This document shows, in pieces, positions 1 to 9,432 of a stretch of DNA of 64,000 bases. The stretch's first letter is position 1. Every line of letters begins with the position of its first letter. This DNA is from Candidatus Latescibacterota bacterium (GTDB lineage: Bacteria; Latescibacterota; UBA2968). The stretch spans positions 4,352,001 through 4,416,000 of the forward strand of contig OZ241986.1 of NCBI GenBank assembly GCA_965204375.1. The letters are read 5' to 3'. The notes beneath the pieces are model-generated. The model was not told where the DNA came from. It made no database searches and was given only the letters and a program-made list of their open reading frames with translations. The position numbers and the translations under genes were made by a program.

Positions 1-238
1 GTTCGAACTGGATTGGATCGGTTTGCTGCACGACCCGTTTACCTATAGTGTCTGAAGATGGCAGGTGTTTGTTCAGTAATATGAGCAATTTTTCAAGGTG
101 CTCGTAGTGCGTATTGCCAAGTACACGGACGATCTCAAGTTCGCTTCGGCCTGAACACGGTATATTGATCACTCTGCCGATTTCAGGAAAACGCTGTATC
201 GCATCATGAACGTCTTGAGTGATTGGATAGCTTAACAT
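1..238 (-). CDS. hypothetical protein, partial (runs off the left edge)
   Basis: Manual translation: GAGG RBS, then ATG at 238, MLSYPITQDVHDAIQRFPEIGRVINIPC..., open to position 1; not in the ORF track because no stop lies in the window. Confidence 0.6.
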   Translation of the reverse strand, partial: MLSYPITQDVHDAIQRFPEIGRVINIPCSGRSELEIVRVLGNTHYEHLEKLLILLNKHLPSSDTIGKRVVQQTDPIQFE

Positions 239-306
239 TTCTTGACCTCTACGGATATAAACCAATACTGCAAACAGTTTTAGACGTCACCGGGCGGCAC
301 AACTCA

Positions 307-3033
307 TTATCCTTCCTTGCCGAAACTTCTGCCAAAAATCAGAAAATCGCCAAATCCAATCGTGCCATCGCCGTCCAGATCGTATTTCGCATCATACTGC
401 TCATCGCCGCGACTTAAACCAAACTGGCTTGCAAAGAGCAAAAAGTCACTCAAATCAACCTGCCCATCGCCATTAAAGTCTGGCGTAAGAGCCGCAAGCT
501 GTAATGTCACGCTGATATTATTGAGCGTCACCTCCTCACGTTGTCCCCCGCGACCAAGTTCGGCACGCACCAGCCGAAGCATTGTACCCGAAAACGCGCT
601 TGTTGTGCGAAAACGAATACTCCCCACCAGGCCGCTATCGACGGCAGCTTTCCCTCCAAAAGATACCAGACTAATCTCAATAGCAGTTGGATTCTTGTCA
701 GGCAATGAAAGCACCTGAGCATTTGGCAGAACACCGCCCGAATCAAATCCCTCGTAAAGCACTTGCGTCTCATCGTATTCAAAGAGAATGGAAAAGCCCT
801 CCACATCCTGAATATTATTCCCAAAGACCTGAAGAGAAACAACCGATCCTGGCGAAACATCAAGAGATGTGACCGCTTGATCACCTGCTGTGCTATCCCC
901 ATCCAGAGAAAGTGAAAAGGTGGCTTGTGACGATCCTCCCAGCGCCAGTGCAGATATATCCCACAAGCGAATTGTGGCGTCCTCACTCCCACTGGCCAGA
1001 ATGCGACCATCCTGTGAAAACGCAACTGACCGGACGTCTCTCGTATGCCCCGCAAGAGTGGCGATATGTCCTTTTGTTGTCACATCCCAAAGTCTGGTTC
1101 TATCCCCATCTCCAGTAGCGAGCGTTGTACCATCGGGTGAAATTGCAACAGAATGGACTTCACCCGTCTGCTTAAGAGGGGTGTTCCTTCTTGTTGACAC
1201 ATCCCACAACCGAACAGTTCCTGCACTCGCTGAAAGATTTCCACCCCATAACCCTGAAGCGAGCGTCGTGCCATCGGACGAAAACGAAACAGATGTAACC
1301 CAATCCGCATGACCCTCAAAGGTAGCAATATTTGTTCGCGTCGCTACATCCCACAGTTTGACCGTTTTATCCCCCGCCCCTGAAGCGAGCGTTGTACCAT
1401 CAATCGAAAACGAAACGGACGAAACCCAATCCGTATGACCCTCAAAGGTAGCAATATTTTCTTTTTTTACCACGTCCCACAGCTTGACTGTTTTATCCCC
1501 TGATCCCGAAGCGAGGGTTGTGCTATCGGGCGAAAATGCAACAGACGAAACCCAACCCTTATGATCGGAAAACGTGGCAATATTTGTTTGCGTCCCCATG
1601 TCCCATAGTTTGACCGTTTCATCCGCCGATCCCGAAGCGAGCATTGTACCATCGGGTGAAAATGCAACAGACGAAACCCAACCCTTATGTCCCTCAAAGG
1701 TAGCGATATTTTCTTTTTTTATCACGTCCCATAGCTTGATCTTTTCATCATACGCCCCTGAGGCAAGCGTTGTGCCATCGGGTGAAAACGAAACAGAGGC
1801 GACACCATTTGTATGCCCATAAAGCGTGGCGATAAGTTGTGGTGGAATTTCGATCAGTGTAAAAAATGCACTACGAACATTCCCATCAGTATCAACGACC
1901 AAGACATAAATTGAATGTCTAACGGGATTGGAAAGACTTGTGCCGCCATCGGATGGAATAACACCATCATACCCAAATTCAATGATAGCATCTTCTTCAC
2001 CTTCTAATCCACGACACGCCTTCACTTCAAGCAATCCAGCGGCGGAGTGCGGTTCTTGTGTCCTAATGAATAGGAATACCTGATGAAGTCCCTCGGTATC
2101 GCTGACTTTGAGTTGAATAGAGACACTCTTTGAACCTGCTGGATATTCACGCGATGAAATCAGTTCGAAGGGTCCCCCCATTACTCCTTCATTGAGTTCA
2201 CTGAAGCCAACTTCCGATTCTCCTTCAATTGGAATATCGAGATTGAAGTAGGGATGCACTGCTAAAAATCCAGCATGGCACGCAGACAGAGAACTCCGTC
2301 GGTCGCTTCCAAGATCTAAGACATTTTGACGGTAGCCTCCATAAGACATAATGTACATATCATCGTTAAAATCATGCTTCAATCCAAAGGCATGGCCAAG
2401 TTCATGTGCCGCTGTGTGAAAGCTAAAGCCCCCATGAACCAACGCAACTCCGCCATTCTTTTTCGATCTGCTTCCGACACCTCCCGCACGTTGACCACCA
2501 GTACCAATTGCATTTATACTATTGTCAACGACGATGACGTAAATGTTCGCATCACGATCAAACGCCTGTTCAACCTCCTCAAGCACAGTACGAGATGTAT
2601 TGTCAAGATAGTGATTATCGGGGTATTGACCATCCACGCGATGAACCATCGGTTCTCCCTGCGCATCGGTTTCAAAGCGGAAGGTTTTGTTCCCATATCC
2701 ATGCGCCTGCATCTGCTCGGCATAAAAGGTCTGAATCTGGCGAATTTTCACTTTCATCGAATCAACCACTTCTTGACGAAACGGACGGTCATTGGGCAAG
2801 AAGTAGATCATCCGCACGGTGCGGGGTTCACCAACGTTCAAATTAAGCGCGTGCTTTGTAGCAGCGTAGATGCTATCGCGTGCCTGCGTGTCTTCAAGAG
2901 TGAGAGACAGGTAGAAATGCACATCATTTGATGGTTGTGGCGAAGCATATCCGATAGATGTGAGGCAAAGGACCGCGAATATGCACATGCTCAACAGCCT
3001 TAAGGATGGAAAACGAAGAATGGATTTTTTCAT
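307..3033 (-). CDS. secreted metzincin metallopeptidase-WD40 repeat protein with C-terminal cohesin-like and dockerin/EF-hand domains
   Basis: Signal peptide; HELGHAFGLKH zinc motif plus IMSY Met-turn; about 7 GH...WD repeats; two DxDGDG calcium-binding repeats at the C-terminus. Confidence 0.9.
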   Translation of the reverse strand: MKKSILRFPSLRLLSMCIFAVLCLTSIGYASPQPSNDVHFYLSLTLEDTQARDSIYAATKHALNLNVGEPRTVRMIYFLPNDRPFRQEVVDSMKVKIRQIQTFYAEQMQAHGYGNKTFRFETDAQGEPMVHRVDGQYPDNHYLDNTSRTVLEEVEQAFDRDANIYVIVVDNSINAIGTGGQRAGGVGSRSKKNGGVALVHGGFSFHTAAHELGHAFGLKHDFNDDMYIMSYGGYRQNVLDLGSDRRSSLSACHAGFLAVHPYFNLDIPIEGESEVGFSELNEGVMGGPFELISSREYPAGSKSVSIQLKVSDTEGLHQVFLFIRTQEPHSAAGLLEVKACRGLEGEEDAIIEFGYDGVIPSDGGTSLSNPVRHSIYVLVVDTDGNVRSAFFTLIEIPPQLIATLYGHTNGVASVSFSPDGTTLASGAYDEKIKLWDVIKKENIATFEGHKGWVSSVAFSPDGTMLASGSADETVKLWDMGTQTNIATFSDHKGWVSSVAFSPDSTTLASGSGDKTVKLWDVVKKENIATFEGHTDWVSSVSFSIDGTTLASGAGDKTVKLWDVATRTNIATFEGHADWVTSVSFSSDGTTLASGLWGGNLSASAGTVRLWDVSTRRNTPLKQTGEVHSVAISPDGTTLATGDGDRTRLWDVTTKGHIATLAGHTRDVRSVAFSQDGRILASGSEDATIRLWDISALALGGSSQATFSLSLDGDSTAGDQAVTSLDVSPGSVVSLQVFGNNIQDVEGFSILFEYDETQVLYEGFDSGGVLPNAQVLSLPDKNPTAIEISLVSFGGKAAVDSGLVGSIRFRTTSAFSGTMLRLVRAELGRGGQREEVTLNNISVTLQLAALTPDFNGDGQVDLSDFLLFASQFGLSRGDEQYDAKYDLDGDGTIGFGDFLIFGRSFGKEG

Positions 3034-3168
3034 CGGTTTGTGCTCCTTTGATCTACTTTTGCTTTTTGGTTCGCGGGACCATAATTGTTTTTTGCGGAAG
3101 GATAGCTATGATATCGCCAATCACGAGGTCAAAGGCAATCAACACTTAGGGGGCAATGTATCTGGGCT

Positions 3169-3534
3169 TTAGGACGCATCCAGATGAAATAACGCAGCGG
3201 CACGTTTTGCCATAGATTTGACTTCGAGGCTTACCATACTCTGATCGAAGGCTTGAAGTAGCTTTTCTGCAAGCTGATAATTATCCTCAAAACCAGCGTG
3301 CTTATCATAGAGATAGTCAAATCCGCTAACTGCCATGATGGTCTTCCCCAAGACACGATTCATACTGCAAGCAAGTTCTATACGCATTTGGAAATCGCCG
3401 AGCCTTTCAGCTAAATCGCTGACGGACAAATCTTGAGCATCATCAAGCACCTCAGACCACATTTCGACACAATTTTTGTAGATTGGTCCTATTTCTATAG
3501 ACCCCTTCTTGAGTTCCCCTAATATTGCAATCAT
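3169..3534 (-). CDS. hypothetical protein (gene-cassette-like)
   Basis: AGGAG RBS before ATG at 3534 (MIAILGELKK...), 121 aa, lower GC. Confidence 0.65.
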   Translation of the reverse strand: MIAILGELKKGSIEIGPIYKNCVEMWSEVLDDAQDLSVSDLAERLGDFQMRIELACSMNRVLGKTIMAVSGFDYLYDKHAGFEDNYQLAEKLLQAFDQSMVSLEVKSMAKRAAALFHLDAS

Positions 3535-3652
3535 TTTTTCTCCTAACGTTTGATCTAACCGGCATCCCATACGCATAAGCGCGTGAAAGATGTTCAGTTA
3601 GCAGTGTTGGTAGTACCATTCTCACTCAAACAATTACTGCGAGATTTCGTTG

Positions 3653-3955
3653 TCATTTCACCAATCCCTTCTGCCGACCGCGGCGTAGGGAGCGTTTTTG
3701 ATCTGCGGAATTTGAGGGATAGGCGGTGATGACGCGCTCGTTGCGTATTACGACCTTGCGATTTGCAAGGCGGCTCAACGTTTGTATCTCTCGCTTACGC
3801 ATCTCGATCTCGCGGGTGGCATCCCGGTTACGCATAAAATAGGTCTCGTCGTCAATCTGTGTTCCACACGCGAGAATGATCGGAATATCTGACTTGCGAA
3901 TGCCGCGCTGTTGCATGCGGGTCTTGGCGTGTCGGCTATAAATGAGATCGGTCAT
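3653..3955 (-). CDS. DUF4258-family (RelE-like) putative toxin
   Basis: YSRHAKTRMQQRGI N-terminal motif and VITAY; ATGA overlap with the upstream HTH gene. Confidence 0.7.
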   Translation of the reverse strand: MTDLIYSRHAKTRMQQRGIRKSDIPIILACGTQIDDETYFMRNRDATREIEMRKREIQTLSRLANRKVVIRNERVITAYPSNSADQKRSLRRGRQKGLVK

Positions 3956-5004
3956 TGCTCTTTCCCTCCTTTTTTCACTTCGGAATTGTTCTTTCGAGAC
4001 TCCGCTTCCTCCAACACCTTCTTCATTTTGTCGCTCCCCGACGACGTAGCCAAGAACTGTATGAGTATGTGCCTTTCATCCTTCTCCGAAATTTCTTTGA
4101 TGACGTTCAGCAGCTTGTCTTCGAGCCATTTTTCACGCTCCTCACCCGCGTCTTCCGCCATTAGTTCTTCGGGAATCTCAGAGATACGCGCATAGCCGGT
4201 TTCAAGGCATATCCTGGCAGTAGAAGAACCGTTGGCGATGCGGTCAAGTTCGTCGCTACAGATGTCGTAGTGAGGGAACTTGAAATTTGACGCCAAGCTG
4301 AGAACACCACTATCTACATCAACCACGCCGGAGGCAGCGAGTTCTTCTGCTAACTTTCGCAAATAGTGGGTGAAGGGGTTGTTTTTAGAGGCATCAAAGG
4401 GCGTACCCATAAAATCATCATCCAGATGTTCGCCAAATAGATCAGCCTTATCGATGGACTCTCCTTCTCCGCCGGCACCTTCGTCCATGCCGTGCTGAAG
4501 ATATGCGCTGCCCCCACTCCAGAATCCATCAATTTGCATCAAATGATCGTACGCTTCCTCCACCTCTTTCAATTTTTCGCGTCGCCAGGCGAGACTGCCC
4601 TCGGCCAGAAGCACAAAGAAGAGCGGTGCCATGTTGATGATCTCGGTGACACCAACGCCATATCGGCGTTTAATCAGGGCATAGGCGAGTCGGGTCTTCG
4701 GTGCTACCTGCGCGCCGATCTGGACGCGATCGGGGTTGTCGGCAGGTGTCTTATTGGACTCGGGAAGCGGCAACTCACTGGTGAGTACACCCGTTTTGAC
4801 ACCAAGTGCCTGGGCCAAGCTATTAAGAGTGTGCTCTTGGGTTTTTTTGGATTTCTGCGGCTCTTTTTCCAAGCGTTGGATCGTGCGGTCAGAAATTTTA
4901 GATCGTTCAGCAAGTTTGAGGCGTGTCAGTCCTCTCTGTTCTCGTAGGGTGCGAAGGCGTTCAGGATCGATTTTCATGGTGAGACTCCTTGATGAAGTTT
5001 TCAC
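3952..5004 (-). CDS. XRE-family HTH regulator with long C-terminal domain (start probably MKIDPERL near 4977)
   Basis: LRTLREQRGLTRLKLAERSKISDRTIQRLE HTH. Confidence 0.8.
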   Translation of the reverse strand: MKTSSRSLTMKIDPERLRTLREQRGLTRLKLAERSKISDRTIQRLEKEPQKSKKTQEHTLNSLAQALGVKTGVLTSELPLPESNKTPADNPDRVQIGAQVAPKTRLAYALIKRRYGVGVTEIINMAPLFFVLLAEGSLAWRREKLKEVEEAYDHLMQIDGFWSGGSAYLQHGMDEGAGGEGESIDKADLFGEHLDDDFMGTPFDASKNNPFTHYLRKLAEELAASGVVDVDSGVLSLASNFKFPHYDICSDELDRIANGSSTARICLETGYARISEIPEELMAEDAGEEREKWLEDKLLNVIKEISEKDERHILIQFLATSSGSDKMKKVLEEAESRKNNSEVKKGGKEQ

Positions 5005-5112
5005 GGCGAGACTGCTTAAATTTGAGATGCTGTAAATGTAATAAAATTTCTATTACGATACAATAGACAAATATTCTAAAATAATTATTGTATAATAGGA
5101 TATTTAGGGTGT

Positions 5113-5134
5113 AAATGTCCTATTTCGGACATTT
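5113..5134. promoter_or_regulatory. inverted repeat AAATGTCC-N6-GGACATTT, candidate operator
   Basis: Perfect 8-bp arms upstream of the XRE gene, next to an AT-rich promoter region. Confidence 0.4.
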
Positions 5135-5390
5135 CGATCCCGTCCTGACCTTCTGCGGAGGTCGCCTGAAGTTGCCAGCGTCACCAAGAGAGACAAACGC
5201 AGACATCTTGTGTATTGCGCCCTCGACCCTTATCCCGCGGATGTGACATGAGTTTGACCAACGTCGCCAGTTACAAAAAATACCGCCCTCCCGATATTGG
5301 GAGAACGGCGTAGAATAGGCTGGTGCGATGGACCGACACTTGTGTTCTTCGCATTTCAAAACATCTCTTCTACAACCAGAGACATCACGC

Positions 5391-5726
5391 CTAATCCTTT
5401 TGATCAAATTTATGCCACATTTCTTTTCGGACTTCGGCTATGTCTCGAGCGGTTATTGGCGTTGTCCGATCCCATAAGCCTTCGGGATTAAAGAGCTTGC
5501 TTTGATCAAATTCTACCGCTACGGTGCGTTTAGTCGCAATGCCTTCTCGCTCGCGCTTAATGCGCTCAACTTCATGCAGGGTTTGTGCTGTCAAATAGCT
5601 CTCGCCACAATGGGGACAACTCATCACAGGCACACCTTCGATGACAAGAAGAGACGCGCCTTTTCCATAACTTCGTGAAACGAACCGCTGACGCACCCCC
5701 GATTTCCCACATATATCACACACCAT
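5391..5726 (-). CDS. YgiT/MqsA-type zinc-finger antitoxin-like protein with extra C-terminal tail
   Basis: CDIC...LLVIEGVPVMSCPHCGESY motif; GAGGAG RBS. Confidence 0.8.
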   Translation of the reverse strand: MVCDICGKSGVRQRFVSRSYGKGASLLVIEGVPVMSCPHCGESYLTAQTLHEVERIKREREGIATKRTVAVEFDQSKLFNPEGLWDRTTPITARDIAEVRKEMWHKFDQKD

Positions 5727-5792
5727 GGCTTGACTCCTCAGGTTAGCATTTCTATACTTGCTGCATACGTCATTTTGACGTATAATTGGGAA

Positions 5793-6068
5793 ATGGAAAA
5801 AGTTCTATTCGATAAGGTAAGAAAAAATCTGAATCGGTTGCCCATTCATATTGTAAGAAACCTTCAACGATGGGCACTTCAAGTAGAATCTCTGGGTATT
5901 CAAGAAGTTAGAAAAATCCCTGGATATCATGATGAACCTCTTCGAGGTGACCGAAGCGGGCAAAGATCCATCAGGCTATCCAGATCCTATCGCGCCTTCT
6001 ATACTGAAATAGAAGGTGATGAGATTAATGTGATTCAAGTCGAGGAGATCAATAAACATGATTACTAA
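5793..6068 (+). CDS. higB: HigB/RelE-family mRNA interferase toxin
   Basis: GYHDEPLRGDRSGQRSIRLSRSYRAFY; overlaps the downstream HTH gene. Confidence 0.8.
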   Translation: MEKVLFDKVRKNLNRLPIHIVRNLQRWALQVESLGIQEVRKIPGYHDEPLRGDRSGQRSIRLSRSYRAFYTEIEGDEINVIQVEEINKHDY

Positions 6069-6360
6069 AGAACAATATGGAACTTCTGAATTGGAGAGAG
6101 ACTTTGGACGTCTCACATTCGGAAATGCTCTATCCAGCTATCGAATAGGAGAAGAAAAAAGCCAGAGAGCGTTTGCTGATTTGTTGAGCATTTCCCCTCA
6201 AAGTCTTTGTGATATAGAAAAAGAAAGAAGAGTCCCAAGTCCCGGCAGGGCAGCCAAAATTGCCAGACAACTCGGCGAGCCAGAAAGCTTCTGGGTTCAG
6301 CTTGCACTACAAGACATGCTACGAAAAGAAAATTTGAACCTCGTTGTTTCCATCGATTAA
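6058..6360 (+). CDS. higA: HigA-like XRE HTH antitoxin
   Basis: SQRAFADLLSISPQSLCDIEKERR HTH and FWVQL motif; toxin-first order. Confidence 0.8.
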   Translation: MITKEQYGTSELERDFGRLTFGNALSSYRIGEEKSQRAFADLLSISPQSLCDIEKERRVPSPGRAAKIARQLGEPESFWVQLALQDMLRKENLNLVVSID

Positions 6361-6401
6361 TAAAAACTGTAAGTATTGCGTAAAGAGAAAGGAGCCTTCA
6401 A

Positions 6402-6749
6402 ATGGCCGAGCATGCTTCGGTTGAGGAAATGGTCAACGCATTATCCAGTGAATCTTTTGCAACAGAGTTTGCTGAGCAGAATGCAAAAACTCAGCTATCC
6501 CAAGCTTTATCCGCTGCAAGAGTTGCATCCGGGATGACTGAGCGCGAGATTGCTGACCGTCTTGGATGGACCGAAGATGATGTGGTGAGATTTGAGTACC
6601 AGGAAACCGATGAAATCAGTCTTGGAGATTTGGCTTGTTATTTAGGTGCTCTTGGGATAAAAGTGCATTTGTCCTTCCTTCCCTCTGAGCAGAAGGCTCC
6701 TGTTTCGCCCTCCCTAAACGCCCTTCCCGAGCATGATATCGCAGTCTAA
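6402..6749 (+). CDS. XRE-family HTH protein (orphan antitoxin-like)
   Basis: ARVASGMTEREIADRLGW HTH; AAAGGAG RBS. Confidence 0.7.
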   Translation: MAEHASVEEMVNALSSESFATEFAEQNAKTQLSQALSAARVASGMTEREIADRLGWTEDDVVRFEYQETDEISLGDLACYLGALGIKVHLSFLPSEQKAPVSPSLNALPEHDIAV

Positions 6750-6798
6750 ACATCCTGAGCAGCACATTGAACCTCGTCGTTTCCATCGATTAACACCC

Positions 6799-8115
6799 CT
6801 ACCACCCTGGCCCCACATCTGCCGCTGTCAAAGGACCCCCGTCCTCCATCCCCGTCGGGAACTCAACGCAACCAATCGTCTTGCGCTCGCCCCGGGAATG
6901 CCCCAGAGCATCTGTCGCAATCTCTGGATAATCCCCCTCCGCATTGCCAATCAAACCACTGGACTCTCCCGGTGCAACAACCCCATTCGGCAGATAATCC
7001 ACATCAACCCGCCCAATCTTTATCCCATCCCGGTCGGGCATACCCAAATCGCCATCTGTCACATTCCCCTCCCACCTCCAATCCACCGGCTCATCGTCCT
7101 GCACCAGCCGCACAGTCCTATCGGATCTCACAAAAGCATTATTCGCAATCACACAATCCTTAGGCGCTGTACCATTGGGATACCTGCTGTGATTTAAACC
7201 CACAACCATCGCCGGGCTACACCCCACAAACGTATTAAACGCAATCAGCGCGCGCTCCACCCGCACATAGAGCTTATCTGTTGTCCCATCCATCATACCC
7301 ACCCCAAACGCATTGAGCGAATGGAACAAATTATTCACCACAACCTGATCCGTCCCCTGCAAACGCACACCGCCCGCCCGGCGTTCGCCCTCGCCAAAAA
7401 AGAAATTTTCAGACACCACATTGCCATCCCCATGCCGAAGCACCAGCGCGCCCCGGCAATCGCGAAACGTATTCCTGCGAAGAATATTGCCATTGGACTT
7501 CACAGAAATAATCTCCGCCTCCCCACTACAGCGCTCAAAAAGATTGTATTCAATCACCGTCTCACAATCGCCCGACTCCGGATCGTACGGATTCCCCTCT
7601 GTAATCAGTTGAAGCGTCTCGTACCCATTGCTCTCCTTACCATCCGGAACATCCACAAAATAATTGTGGTGAACACGGTGTCTCTCGCCCTGATTCCGAA
7701 CGTAAATCTGCATCAACTGGCAGCCGCGCGTCTCCTCGAGATTATTGGTCTTATTCTCAAACCGACAGCGATCAATCTCAACCTCCCGGCTCTCTGCCCT
7801 CACCCGTATCCACTTGCCAGCCTGCACATCCGTCATCACACAACGGCTTATGCGACACCCCCTCCCCCTGACTTCCACACTCCCCTTCTCCACAAAGTGC
7901 AACCCCACAAAACTGATATAATCTCCCACCAACAACAACGGCGCCTTTATCACCGCCCGCCCCATATTCTCCGCCCGAACAACAATCGGCTGATCTGCGG
8001 TCCCCCTCGCCTCGAGCCTGCACCTCTCACCATCATACACGCCATCGACCAGCGTAATCACATCGCCCGGCTGTGCCTCAGCCACCCGCGCTTCTATTTC
8101 AGACACGGACCTCAT
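6799..8115 (-). CDS. polysaccharide lyase family 6 (chondroitinase B/alginate lyase-like) beta-helix protein
   Basis: PGDVITLVDGVY, NGYET, GEAEIISVKS and LVLRHG PL6 motifs. Confidence 0.9.
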   Translation of the reverse strand: MRSVSEIEARVAEAQPGDVITLVDGVYDGERCRLEARGTADQPIVVRAENMGRAVIKAPLLLVGDYISFVGLHFVEKGSVEVRGRGCRISRCVMTDVQAGKWIRVRAESREVEIDRCRFENKTNNLEETRGCQLMQIYVRNQGERHRVHHNYFVDVPDGKESNGYETLQLITEGNPYDPESGDCETVIEYNLFERCSGEAEIISVKSNGNILRRNTFRDCRGALVLRHGDGNVVSENFFFGEGERRAGGVRLQGTDQVVVNNLFHSLNAFGVGMMDGTTDKLYVRVERALIAFNTFVGCSPAMVVGLNHSRYPNGTAPKDCVIANNAFVRSDRTVRLVQDDEPVDWRWEGNVTDGDLGMPDRDGIKIGRVDVDYLPNGVVAPGESSGLIGNAEGDYPEIATDALGHSRGERKTIGCVEFPTGMEDGGPLTAADVGPGW

Positions 8116-8116
8116 C

Positions 8117-9064
8117 TTATTCTCCCGGTTTTAACACGCGATTAAAAAAAGCTTCACGGGCAGGCTCGGTAAACGCAATATTGCGCTGAAAAGCACCGTG
8201 CCCACTGTCGTCACCCAGAAGAATATAACTGACATTTTTGGCACCGGCTTCTCGCAATGCTCTGACCAACTTATCTGAATGATACACGCCAACCGTGCGA
8301 TCAGAAATTGCATGCACGAGCAAAATAGGCGGTGCATCGGCCGAGGCATAAGTCACAGGAGAAGTTTTGGCGCGAACCTCTTCAGACTCCAGTCTAAGCT
8401 CATTCTTACGAGGCGGACGTGTTCGCTGCTGATTGCGTTGGCGGTCACTCATAGCAGACAGGAAGTCAGTAGGCGTAGCACTCGCGACAACAGCCTGAAC
8501 CATACTGGAATACTCCTGATAAGGCCCATCGCCTTCCAGCCCGGCTGAAGGAGGACACACACCCAGCATAACAGCCAGATGCGCCCCCGCGGAATTTCCA
8601 CTCGCGCCAATCCGCTCCGGATCGATATTGTACTCCTCGGCATGGGCACGCAACCAGCGCACCGCATTCTTCACATCTTCAACACACGCGGTAATAGGTG
8701 CCTCATCGAGCATCCGATAGTTGACCGTCACACAAACATAGCCCTTGGCTGCATAACCGATAGTAGGACGAAGAAAACCTCCCCGGCGTTTATCCCCACC
8801 TCTCCATCCACCCCCGTGGATAAAAACAAGAGCTGGACGGGGCGTCTCACCGCGCTCTATGGGCATCGCGAGATCGAGTTTCCACGCCTCGTTGCCCTCG
8901 CGATACGCAATATCCGGAACAAAAGTCACACCTTCGGGTAATTGCTGCATAATTCGCTCCACGGTAATTGTGCGTTGCTGGCGTCGGTTTTGTTGTTGTG
9001 GTTGCTGAGCACCAACAGATTGAAACAGCAAAACAACGAACAGAAAACAGATGAATTTGGACAT
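8117..9064 (-). CDS. secreted alpha/beta hydrolase (HGGG-type esterase)
   Basis: Signal peptide, HGGGW oxyanion hole, GNSAG nucleophile, D/H near the C-terminus. Confidence 0.9.
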   Translation of the reverse strand: MSKFICFLFVVLLFQSVGAQQPQQQNRRQQRTITVERIMQQLPEGVTFVPDIAYREGNEAWKLDLAMPIERGETPRPALVFIHGGGWRGGDKRRGGFLRPTIGYAAKGYVCVTVNYRMLDEAPITACVEDVKNAVRWLRAHAEEYNIDPERIGASGNSAGAHLAVMLGVCPPSAGLEGDGPYQEYSSMVQAVVASATPTDFLSAMSDRQRNQQRTRPPRKNELRLESEEVRAKTSPVTYASADAPPILLVHAISDRTVGVYHSDKLVRALREAGAKNVSYILLGDDSGHGAFQRNIAFTEPAREAFFNRVLKPGE

Positions 9065-9178
9065 AGGGTCCTCCCTTTTTGAACCTTGTGGCTTTGAACA
9101 AAATAATTGCTGGAACTCAATTCTTTAAACAATTAGCTGACATATTTTTTCGATAAACTGGATTGCGGCTAACACCAT

Positions 9179-9432
9179 GCCGCAATGACGGGCGAGGCCT
9201 GCCTCGCCCCTACAGTTGTTCCCACTCCTCACTTCCCACTTCTCACCTATCTGTGTTCATCTGCGTTCATGCTCGAATTACTCGCCTTCATTCTGCGGAT
9301 CCCAACGACGGGCGAAAAATTTTTCGCCCCTACACATCTGTGTTCATCTGCGTTCATCTGCGGATCCCATTTCTCTTCGCCCCTACACATCTGTGTTCAT
9401 CTGCGTTCATCTGCGGATCCCATTTCTCTTCG
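9179..9432. repeat. REP-like palindrome cluster plus 53-bp tandem duplication
   Basis: GGGCGA-N-TCGCCCCTACA hairpins at 9190-9214 and 9310-9334 (GTAG on the minus strand); 53-bp unit at 9323 and 9376 with (G/C)TTCATCTG sub-repeats. Confidence 0.85.

Noticed and set aside
9323-9432. Possible CRISPR array
   Set aside because: Adjacent tandem units without unique spacers; no cas genes.
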